From: Longimicrobiales bacterium
GTDB lineage: Bacteria; Gemmatimonadota; Gemmatimonadetes; Longimicrobiales; RSA9
DNA: 64,000 nt
Direction: 5' to 3'
Assembly (NCBI GenBank): GCA_046483065.1
Contig: JAWODW010000089.1
Span: 96,403 to 160,402, forward strand
Position numbers and translations under genes: made by a program. The notes beneath the pieces are model-generated. The model was not told the DNA's origin and made no database searches. It saw only the letters and a program-made list of their open reading frames with translations. The first letter of the stretch is position 1; each line of letters opens with the position of its first letter. Shown here piece by piece: positions 19,051-26,990 of this stretch.

Positions 19051-21036
19051 TTGACCGCCGCCAGCGTGCCCACGGCCACCGCGGACCGGGCGGTCCTTCT
19101 CCACGGGACCGGCTTCGACGCCACCGGGATCGCCGACGCCCTCGAGGCCGAGGGCGTCGGCGTCCGGTCCGCCGCCGACCTGTCCGTTCAGGTCGACGAG
19201 GCCGCCCCCGCCGTGCTGATCCTCGACCGGCAGCACGTGGAGCAGGTCGATGACGTGGCCACCGCACTCGACGCCCTCCCCGTCGGTGTGGTGGTGGTGG
19301 CGTACGGCGAGGTCGCGGAACGCGCCACCGCCGACCATGACCGGTTCTTCCTCGCCGTCCCCGAGACGGCCGACGAACGGACCGTCCTCAAGGTGCTCCA
19401 GGGCGCGTTCCGTCACGCCGCCGTCCGGCAGGGTGCCGCCCGGATGGAGCTGGAGCTGGAGAAGAGCCGGGGCGAGCTCGAGGAGCTGAACCAGATCGGG
19501 ATGGCGCTCATGACCGAGCGCGACCCGGACCGGCTGCTCCGCAAGATCCTCGACCGGGCCATGTCCATGACCGGCTCCGATGGCGGCAGCCTCTACCTGG
19601 TGGAGGACGACCCCGAAGGCGACGGCCAGCGGCTCCGGTTCAAGCTGTCCGAGACCCAGTCGCTGCCGGACCTTCCGGCCATCGAGTTCACCCTGCCCAT
19701 CGACCAGGGCAGCATTGCCGGGTACGTGGCGGTGAACAACCAGGCGCTGGTCATCGAAGATGCGTACAGCATCCCCGAGAGCGCGCCCTACTCCTTCAAC
19801 CGCGGCTTCGACCAGGAGTACGGCTACCGGGCCAAGTCGATGCTGGTAGTCCCCATGGCCGACCACAGGGACGAGGTGGTGGGCGTGCTCCAGCTCATCA
19901 ACCGGAAGCGGGACCCGGAGGCCGTGATCCACGACGAGGACTCCGTCGCCGAGCACGTCCTCTCCTACGGCCGCCACGAGGTCGGTCTGGTCCGCGGCCT
20001 CGCCGGCCAGGCCGCCGTCTCCATCGAGAACGCGCGGCTCTACGAGCAGATCGAGGACATCTTCGAGGCCTTTGTCCGGGCCGCCGTGGCCGCCATCGAC
20101 CAGCGGGACCCGACCACCGCCGGTCACAGCGTGCGTGTGGCCGCCCTGACCACCCGCATCGCCGAGGTCCTGCCCCGGCTCTCGTCCGGCCGCTGGGCCG
20201 GGACCCGCATGAGCCGCGAGCAGATGAAGGAGCTCCGCTACGCCGCCCTCCTCCACGACTTCGGCAAGGTCGGCGTCCGCGAGCAGGTGCTGGTGAAGGC
20301 GAAGAAGCTGCCGCCCCACCTGTGGGAGCGGGTCGACGCGCGGTTCGACGTCATCCACCGGACCATCGAGCGGGAGTACCTGCGCCGGAAGCTTCGGGCC
20401 GTGGAGCAGGGTGAGCTGGAGGGGCTCGAGGCCGACCCCGACGCGCTGGACCAGGAGGTGCGCGAGAAGCTCCAGGAGCTCGAGGAGTGGCGCGAAGCCG
20501 TCCATCGGGCCAACGAGCCGTCGATCCTGCCCGAGGAGGGCGAGGCACTGCTCAACGTCATCGCCGGCGAGACCTTCGAGAACGTCCATGGGCAGGAGGA
20601 GCCCTTCCTCCACGACGAGGAGCACGCCTACCTCAGCATCCCCAAGGGCAGCCTGAACGAGCGAGAGCGGAAGGAGATCGAGTCCCACGTCACCCAGACG
20701 TACAATTTCCTGACCCAGATCCCGTGGACCGAGGAGCTGAGCGACGTGGCCACCATCGCCTACGGGCACCACGAGAAGCTCAGCGGCCGCGGCTACCCCC
20801 GGGGCGTCGGCGGCGACGAGCTCCCCGTCCAGACCCGGATGATGACCATCGCCGACATCTTCGACGCCCTCACCGCCTCCGACCGTCCGTACAAGAAAGC
20901 CCTCGGCGCCGACCGCGCCCTCGAGATCCTCGAAATGGAGGCCGGCGACGGCGACCTCGACCGCGACCTCGTGGGCCTGTTCATCGAGTCGAAGGTCTAC
21001 GAAGAGGTCCTGGAAAAGGACTGGCGAGAGCTGTAG
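19051..21036 (+). CDS. Receiver-like domain / GAF / HD-GYP phosphodiesterase
   Basis: HD-GYP signatures HSVRVA, LLHDFGKVGV and HHEKLSGRGYPRGV. A GAF-like segment precedes them. Start is TTG 19051 or GTG 19066 (uncertain). Confidence 0.85.
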   Translation: MTAASVPTATADRAVLLHGTGFDATGIADALEAEGVGVRSAADLSVQVDEAAPAVLILDRQHVEQVDDVATALDALPVGVVVVAYGEVAERATADHDRFFLAVPETADERTVLKVLQGAFRHAAVRQGAARMELELEKSRGELEELNQIGMALMTERDPDRLLRKILDRAMSMTGSDGGSLYLVEDDPEGDGQRLRFKLSETQSLPDLPAIEFTLPIDQGSIAGYVAVNNQALVIEDAYSIPESAPYSFNRGFDQEYGYRAKSMLVVPMADHRDEVVGVLQLINRKRDPEAVIHDEDSVAEHVLSYGRHEVGLVRGLAGQAAVSIENARLYEQIEDIFEAFVRAAVAAIDQRDPTTAGHSVRVAALTTRIAEVLPRLSSGRWAGTRMSREQMKELRYAALLHDFGKVGVREQVLVKAKKLPPHLWERVDARFDVIHRTIEREYLRRKLRAVEQGELEGLEADPDALDQEVREKLQELEEWREAVHRANEPSILPEEGEALLNVIAGETFENVHGQEEPFLHDEEHAYLSIPKGSLNERERKEIESHVTQTYNFLTQIPWTEELSDVATIAYGHHEKLSGRGYPRGVGGDELPVQTRMMTIADIFDALTASDRPYKKALGADRALEILEMEAGDGDLDRDLVGLFIESKVYEEVLEKDWREL

Positions 21037-21047
21037 GCGACGTGGCG

Positions 21048-21070
21048 GGGGCCGCGGTCGACTCGGCCCC
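21048..21070. terminator. Candidate hairpin between convergent genes (GGGGCCG / CGGCCCC, 9-nt loop)
   Basis: 7-bp perfect stem read directly, 12 nt after the HD-GYP stop. Function is inferred. Confidence 0.35.
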
Positions 21071-21214
21071 GGGGCTCCGGCCGGGTTCTTCCTTTCGGGC
21101 GCGCTCGATTCGCGACTGGGGGACTGGGGGTCTACGGCAACGTCACGGAGAGGCCGAGGGTCCAGTCCCGGGGGCGGGGGACGCGGTCGAAGAGCTCCCG
21201 GAAGCGGGGGTCGC

Positions 21215-21910
21215 TCAATGGGCGCGCTCGGTCACGCGGGCCGGGACCGCCCTGACCGAGTCCGGCTCCGTCGCGCCGATGGGGACCACGACCGTCGCCC
21301 GGATCAACGGTTTGCGTCGTTGGAACCGGTGGACCACCTCGTACGTCTCGAAGTCCAGGTACCGGATCTCGAACCCGAGCGAGGCGACCTCGACATCCAG
21401 CCCCCACCCGGAGCCCGACCGTCGGGTGCGCAGGAACGCGCCGTACCAGGCCGGCTCGGGACCCCGGCCGGTGAACCCATCGGCGGGGTCCAGCGGGCCG
21501 ATCAACCCGGCCGAGAGCCCGACCGTGACCGTGCGCGGCCCGAGCCCCATCGCCCGCCCGGCCCGGGCGCCCACCCGGTAGGCGGGCCCGAACGGCCCCG
21601 TCGGATCGACGATGGCGTCCCGGCCCTCCCACGTAGTTCCGATCAATGCGGTGGTGCAGAGGCCGCCCCCGGTGAAGAGCGCCTCGCCGCCGGCCGCCAG
21701 CAGCCACGGACCCCGGGTCCGGGCTTCCACGCCCAACGTCAGCCCGGGCGTCACGGTGCACTGCTCGTTCGCCGGCTCGTACCAGTCGAGCCCTACGGTG
21801 ATGGCGAGCGGCTCGCGGCCCGCCGCGTCCTGCCCGTGAAGGGGGATCGCCGCCACGCCGGAGAGCGCCAGGCCGCCCCCCAGGGCGATAGCGAGAATGC
21901 CATGGCGCAT
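21215..21910 (-). CDS. Hypothetical exported protein (possible small beta-barrel)
   Basis: GGAAGGAG RBS and signal peptide MRHGILAIALGGGLALSGVAAIP. No recognisable motif. Confidence 0.6.
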   Translation of the reverse strand: MRHGILAIALGGGLALSGVAAIPLHGQDAAGREPLAITVGLDWYEPANEQCTVTPGLTLGVEARTRGPWLLAAGGEALFTGGGLCTTALIGTTWEGRDAIVDPTGPFGPAYRVGARAGRAMGLGPRTVTVGLSAGLIGPLDPADGFTGRGPEPAWYGAFLRTRRSGSGWGLDVEVASLGFEIRYLDFETYEVVHRFQRRKPLIRATVVVPIGATEPDSVRAVPARVTERAH

Positions 21911-21926
21911 CGTGGCGCTCCTTCCC

Positions 21927-22307
21927 TCACGGAGACGTAGGGATCAGAACCGCCCGTACCCGCTGGCTGACTGCGTGACAATCGTCCTTCCGAACTCGCA
22001 CGCCTGCAGTGGACCACAGCCGGTATCCCGGGTGCGCGACGAACACTGTGTACGTCCCTTCGCGATCGAATGCCGCGGCTCGCGAGAAGAAGCCGTCCGA
22101 ATCCCCTTCGTACAGCACGAGCGAGTCCTGATAGGCGCCGTCGACCACCAGGCCTCGGGCCCCTTGCGCCAGCGGAGCGCCCGTCACGGAATCGTAGATC
22201 TCAGCTATCACGCTTGGTAGCGGCATATTGGTGCACGCCACGGGCCCCGTCGTGTCGCAGGCCGCGGCACTCGACACCGCCACGATGGCAGCTGCCAGGC
22301 GCACCAT
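21927..22307 (-). CDS. Hypothetical lipoprotein
   Basis: The internal ATG gives MVRLAAAIVAVSSAAAC with a lipobox. Start choice is uncertain (track start 22370). Confidence 0.55.
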   Translation of the reverse strand: MVRLAAAIVAVSSAAACDTTGPVACTNMPLPSVIAEIYDSVTGAPLAQGARGLVVDGAYQDSLVLYEGDSDGFFSRAAAFDREGTYTVFVAHPGYRLWSTAGVRVRKDDCHAVSQRVRAVLIPTSP

Positions 22308-22594
22308 CCTCCGTGCCGACGGCAAGCAGCCGCCGATACCCAGCTCGTGTGTCGGACGCATGGCGTTCATGGAAAGGAGATGTCAACGCGAAGCAAGTCC
22401 ACGGGCTCGCCAGGGGTCCATTCCTCCAGGGTCTCCGGCGTCCTCAGCCGCATTTCCAGCCTCTCACGAGATGAGCCCGGTGCTCTGTCCTGTATATGCT
22501 TCCGAGCCCGTTTTCTGTCAACGAATCCCGACCGTGCCCCTGCCCGGCGTGACGCAGCCGCGCTCGCATGTCACGATACTTCGGCATCACTAAA

Positions 22595-22994
22595 CTAGCT
22601 CCCGGCCCCGAACCCCGGGACCCGCCACTCCACGCAGGCGAAGTGGCAGTCACCGCCGCACGACTCGCTCCGCTCCCTGGTCCGGTACTCGGGCTGGAGC
22701 GTGTCCACCACCACGGTGTCCGCGGTGCGGAAGGTCAGGATCGGACGGGGCGGGACGAAGTACGGGAAGGAAGAGAGGTCGTCCTCGCACGGCGCCTCCA
22801 TCGTGTACTCCCGGACCCACAGCTCGGCGTGGTCCGCGCCGAGGACCTCGAGGGTGTACGCGTCGGGGATGTCACCCAGGAGCCGGGTCTGCAGCCCGTA
22901 CGGACACGGGTCGCTGGTACAGGTGATGGCGATGTCGGTGCAGCCGACCACAGAAAGCGCCGCGAGCGCGGCCCCGACGGTCGTTTTTCCGCAT
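22595..22994 (-). pseudogene. Cys-rich lipoprotein gene with an apparent frameshift in an A5 run inside the signal peptide
   Basis: The ATG at 22994 is followed by A5 (22988-22984). Removing one A gives MRKTTVGAALAALSVVGC joined in frame to the 22951 ORF (…VVGCTDIAITC…). As sequenced, the ATG is +1 out of frame. Confidence 0.55.
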
Positions 22995-23094
22995 GGCCCC
23001 CCTGATGAGTGGATTGCGTGAACCCTCCCGCGTCCACACGACGAATCCGGAGGGCCGGTTCTGTCGCGACGGTCCGGCGCCGGCGCCGGCCGGC

Positions 23095-23907
23095 TTAGCG
23101 GAGCACCAGCTCCACCACCACCGGCCGATGATCCGACGCCACCGGCTCATCCAGGAGCCTCCGGGTGACGACCTCCCACCGACCCTCCGGCCGGAACAGC
23201 ACGAAATCGATCTCCCGGTCCGGGGCGTAGGATGGGAACGTCAGATGGTCGGCGCCCTTGGGCACGATGGCCCACCCGCGCGAGAAGTGGATCATGACGT
23301 CGGAGTCCGGCGTGGAGTTGAAGTCGCCGGCCAGGAGGGTGGGGATCGTTTCGTCGCTGAGGTGCTCCTCGAGGCGAAGGGCCTGGGCGAGCCGCTCGTC
23401 GTCGGTCCGGTAGAAGTGGATGCCCACGAACCGGATCCTGCGCCCCGTGGTCGGCGACGCGACCGTGACCGCCAACGCCGTGCGCGGCTCAGCGCCCGCC
23501 GGGAGCCGAAGGTTCCTCGACTCCGCGATGGGCCACCGGGACAGCAGCGCCATCCCGTACGCGCCGCCCTGGTACGGCATGAACGCCCCGAACACGGGCT
23601 CGAGGCCGGTGAGGCGCCCCAGCTCCGCCGCCTGGTGGACGCCGTCCGTGCGCGTGGCCGCGCTGTCCACCTCCTGGAGCGCCACCAGGTCCGGATCCAC
23701 GGACCGTATGAGGTCGGCGATTCGCTCCAGGTCGACCACCTCGTCCACCCCCTCGCCGTGGTGGACGTTGTAGGCCAGCACCCGGATCGTGTCCCGGGCC
23801 GCGGGCACGGGGGACCCGGCGCCACCGTCCTCCACCATCCGCGAGGCGCCTCCACACGCCGCCGCGAGCGCCAGCATCATCAGGCCCGACCAGGCGGTGT
23901 TCCTCAT
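23095..23907 (-). CDS. Endonuclease/exonuclease/phosphatase (EEP) family protein, exported
   Basis: Signal peptide. Motifs IRVLAYNVHHG, LVALQEVD, AGDFNSTP and SDHRPVVVEL. Confidence 0.85.
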   Translation of the reverse strand: MRNTAWSGLMMLALAAACGGASRMVEDGGAGSPVPAARDTIRVLAYNVHHGEGVDEVVDLERIADLIRSVDPDLVALQEVDSAATRTDGVHQAAELGRLTGLEPVFGAFMPYQGGAYGMALLSRWPIAESRNLRLPAGAEPRTALAVTVASPTTGRRIRFVGIHFYRTDDERLAQALRLEEHLSDETIPTLLAGDFNSTPDSDVMIHFSRGWAIVPKGADHLTFPSYAPDREIDFVLFRPEGRWEVVTRRLLDEPVASDHRPVVVELVLR

Positions 23908-24052
23908 TCAGTGGCAGCCATATGACTCCGTACCTCGCAATCCGATCCCCCAGTCCCCCAATCCCGCCCAACGACGAAGGGGCCACCCACCGGCAAGGTC
24001 GCCTCGCCCGGGGGATGCCCCATATCGCCGCCCCGGCGCAGGAGCGGCTGTC

Positions 24053-25822
24053 CTACCGGTCCCTGTCCGGCCCCGCCTCGGCGGCCGCGCCCGCCACCGC
24101 CAGGGGCACATCCCCCAGCCCGGAGTACTGCGGGTTCTGGCGCCCGTCAGTGGCCTGGCTCACGCCCCCCTTCACGAAGGAGGCCACCTCGACGAAGGTG
24201 ACGATCCCGTTGCCGTCGGCGTCGGCGTCGCCGTTCAGGCCCTGGAGGATGTGGTGGGTGAATACGCCGTGGCCACCGCCCCAGCGTGCGTCCTCGAAGC
24301 TGAGCTCGTTGACGTCGGCGGCGGTCAGGGTGAGCCGGCGGGACGGGGTGAACAGGTCGTCGAAGGAGCCGCCGATGGGATTGCCCTGGGCGTCGGTCTC
24401 GCTCCCGCCGGTGCCGGCGGAGTGGCAGGCGTCGGCGATGACCACCACGCGCTCGGCGGAGATCTGGCGCCGCAGCGCGGTCTTCACGTCCCACATGGGG
24501 AACCCGGTGGAGGCCAGGGCGTCGATGTCGGTATCGACGGGGAAGAGGTACAGGTTGTCGGGCCGGTTCGGGTCGGGCGCGCCGTGGCCGGCGAAGTAGA
24601 TGACCACGAGGTCGTCCCAGTCGGCCTGCTGGAGGAAGACGAACATGGCCTCGCGCATGGCGGCGCCGGTGGCCTGCTCGTCGGTCAGCAGGAGGATGTG
24701 GTCCTCGTCGAACGGACCGGCGGCGTCGGAGCGGAGGAAGTCGTGGATCGCACGGGCGTCGTCATCGGCGTAGTCGAGGTCGGGGATGAGCCCGTCGTCG
24801 TAGTCACCGATCCCGATGACCACGGCCCAGCGCTCGTCGATGCGGGGCGACGCGAAGGCGGTGCGGGTATTGCCGGCGCCGTCCCGGGCCACCACGCGGA
24901 CCGAGTCCCGGTCCAGCGCCAGCGGGGTCTGGACGACGAACCGCGATGCCGGCCCCCGGGTGATCCCCAGCCGCTGGGCGTCGGCGGCGCTCAGCCGCTC
25001 GAGGGAGGCGGGCTCGCCCTCGACCTCCACGGCCACGTCAGCGCCGATGACCACGCCCTCGATCTCCACCAGGTTCGTGGCGTTCTGCTGCGCCTCGTGC
25101 TCCTCCCGGGAGATGACGCCGATCCCGCGGGTGGCCATGTCGCTGTCGGCCACGGGCTCGATCCGGGTCCCGAGGATGGCGAGGCCGGGGCCGCGGCTGC
25201 TGCCGCTCCGGCCCACTGCCTCCTCCACGGAGCCCGGGTCCGGCTGGAAGTAGCCCCGGGCGGCCCAGCCGTTGGCCTCCCAGTCATTCACGATGGCGCC
25301 GAGGAAGCCGGTCTCGGTGATCACTTCCTCGGCGGCGATCCGGATGGCGCCGGCCCGTGCGGCCTGGTCGGTGGCCTCCAGCTCCCGGCCGGAGCCGTGG
25401 GCCGTGGCCACTACGTTGCCCTGGTCGAGACGGAGCGCCCGGAGGCGGAGCTCGCTGGTGCCGGTGACGAGGGTGCCGGAGATGGGGTCCAGGTTCGTGC
25501 CCCACTCGGCCCGACCCAGGATCAGAACCTGAGCGCCGAAGTCGCGGCCGAGGCGGACGGCGGCGCCCTCGTCGCCATCGAGCGCCGCCTGGACCAGCTC
25601 GCGCTGCGCCGCGGTGTGGGCCAGCGCCGGGTCCACCAGCGGGAAGCCGGCCTCCAGCAGGAACGACGAGACCTCGCTCGCCGCCACGCCGGCGCTCCCG
25701 TTTTCGGGGACGAACACCAGCGTCCGGGGCAGCTCGCTCTCGAATCGGATCTCCTGGGCGTCGGCCGGGGCCGTCGCAAGAGCACCCACCAGTATCAGGC
25801 CCAGCGCTACCAGTCGCTTCAT
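24053..25822 (-). CDS. Exported caspase-like (C14) protein with N-terminal CsgG/LpoB-like domain and C-terminal EF-hand-like loop
   Basis: Signal peptide MKRLVALGLILVGALATAPADA. Catalytic His in IYFAGHGAP and Cys in IADACHSAG. DADGNGIVTFVE fits the 12-residue EF-hand loop. Confidence 0.85.
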   Translation of the reverse strand: MKRLVALGLILVGALATAPADAQEIRFESELPRTLVFVPENGSAGVAASEVSSFLLEAGFPLVDPALAHTAAQRELVQAALDGDEGAAVRLGRDFGAQVLILGRAEWGTNLDPISGTLVTGTSELRLRALRLDQGNVVATAHGSGRELEATDQAARAGAIRIAAEEVITETGFLGAIVNDWEANGWAARGYFQPDPGSVEEAVGRSGSSRGPGLAILGTRIEPVADSDMATRGIGVISREEHEAQQNATNLVEIEGVVIGADVAVEVEGEPASLERLSAADAQRLGITRGPASRFVVQTPLALDRDSVRVVARDGAGNTRTAFASPRIDERWAVVIGIGDYDDGLIPDLDYADDDARAIHDFLRSDAAGPFDEDHILLLTDEQATGAAMREAMFVFLQQADWDDLVVIYFAGHGAPDPNRPDNLYLFPVDTDIDALASTGFPMWDVKTALRRQISAERVVVIADACHSAGTGGSETDAQGNPIGGSFDDLFTPSRRLTLTAADVNELSFEDARWGGGHGVFTHHILQGLNGDADADGNGIVTFVEVASFVKGGVSQATDGRQNPQYSGLGDVPLAVAGAAAEAGPDRDR

Positions 25823-26499
25823 CAGCCTCCTCCTTCCACCCGCTCGAGGGCCGCCGCCGCGGCCCCGTGCCGTGGGAACAGCTCCAGGGCTCTCCTGTAC
25901 ATCTCCGCCGCCCGCGCGTCCTGGCCGTGTTCCTCGTAGGCCAGCCCGCGGGAGTAGGCGAGGACCGCCTCCACCGGCGGATCCGCGTCCCCGGCGGCCA
26001 CCCGGGTGGGCAGCTCCAGGCCGTCCAGGAAATCGTCGGCCAGCGCTGTCACCAGGTCGAGCATCCGGTCGCGCCCGCCCTGCTGCCGGCTCGCCTTCTC
26101 CACCGTGCCGCTGGCCACATCCAGGACCCGGAGATCGATGCGGGCGCGCTCCGGCTCCAGGGCCACGTTGCCGATCACGATGTACTGGGCGCCCAGCAGC
26201 CTGCCGAGCTCCAGCGCCCGGGACTCGTCCATCCGCCCGGACAGGGCGAGCTGCCGGCTCTCGATGAGCTGCTGGATCTGCTGCCGGTCGACCACGTGGA
26301 CCTGCGGCCGGTCCGCCAGCACCGTGGTGATCATGGTGGCGAGCCCGCGACCCACGGCGTCGGCGTCCTCACCGGTGAGGGAGAAAGCGTTGAAATCCAA
26401 TACGGCGATGGTCGGGACCCGGGGTCCCTCCGCATCCTGCGCCGCCGCCGAAACGGGCAGCAGGAGCGCGAGCATCAGTAGGGCAAGCGGTGGAAACAC
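25822..26499 (-). CDS. CsgG/LpoB-like domain plus TPR protein, exported
   Basis: The GTG at 26499 has GGAGG 5 nt upstream and a signal peptide follows. Domain sequence TIAVLDFNAFS...VHVVDRQQIQQLIESRQLALSG...LGRLLGAQYIVIGNV. The stop shares one base with the caspase ATG (TGATG). Confidence 0.7.
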   Translation of the reverse strand: MFPPLALLMLALLLPVSAAAQDAEGPRVPTIAVLDFNAFSLTGEDADAVGRGLATMITTVLADRPQVHVVDRQQIQQLIESRQLALSGRMDESRALELGRLLGAQYIVIGNVALEPERARIDLRVLDVASGTVEKASRQQGGRDRMLDLVTALADDFLDGLELPTRVAAGDADPPVEAVLAYSRGLAYEEHGQDARAAEMYRRALELFPRHGAAAAALERVEGGG

Positions 26500-26590
26500 G
26501 GGTACCTCCGCGTGACGCGCAGAACGAAGAAGGGAGAGCGCCCAAACGGGCAAGCCGTAAGGTAAAGCACCCGAGCGGATGGGAAAAGAA

Positions 26591-26646
26591 GAGCTAAGAG
26601 CTAAGATCTGAGATCTGAGAACTGAGATCTAAGGAATCGGATCTGC
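26591..26646 (+). repeat. Tandem heptamers GAKCTRA (about 8 units), AT-rich
   Basis: Read directly as GAGCTAA GAGCTAA GATCTGA GATCTGA GAACTGA GATCTAA GGAATCG GATCTGC. A related array lies at 56450-56477 in inverted orientation. Confidence 0.9.
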
Positions 26647-26726
26647 ACGTCTGGATGAACGGTTCTTGCCCCGAACTCATCGCGTGGCCAACCTAGGTGC
26701 AGACCATTGACCGGGAACAAGTAATC

Positions 26727-26948
26727 ATGCGCGTGACGATCGAATATTGCGGACTGTGAAACTATCTCCCTCGAGCCTCCAGGATGGCGGCACGGATCAC
26801 GGAGGAGTTCCCCGACGCCGAGGTCGAGCTCATCGAGTCCGGCGGCGGTGTCTTCGAGGTGGAACGCAACGGCGAGTTGATCTATTCGAAGAAGCGGACG
26901 GGCCGGCACGCCGAGTGGGAAGAGGTGCGGGACCGGCTGGCGGAATGA
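26727..26948 (+). CDS. SelW/Rdx-family redox protein with in-frame TGA (putative selenocysteine, CxxU)
   Basis: Translating through the TGA at 26757-26759 gives MRVTIEYCGLUNYLPRASRMAARITEEFPDAEVELIESGGGVFEVERNGELIYSKKRTGRHAEWEEVRDRLAE. This matches the Rdx pattern V.IEYC..U....RA......FP...V.L..G..G.FEV..NG.LI.SK...GR. Confidence 0.75.
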
Positions 26949-26990
26949 GATGATACCTCGACACGCTCGTCCAGTGAGGAGGCCGTACCC

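Noticed and set aside
15714-20772. Long minus-strand ORFs (15714-18098, 17915-19267, 18898-20772)
   Set aside because: All are antisense to the motif-supported cyclase, FecR-like and HD-GYP genes. No recognisable domains.
22444-22584. 47-codon minus-strand ORF (MPKYRDMRARLRH...) directly after the Cys-rich lipoprotein gene
   Set aside because: Highly basic, with no motif or clear RBS, and it lies in a spacer. There is not enough evidence to call a gene.
26747-26953. 68-aa track ORF MRTVKLSPSS...
   Set aside because: Arg/Gly-rich with no family resemblance. The overlapping frame read through the TGA gives a full-length Rdx/SelW match, so that frame was preferred.
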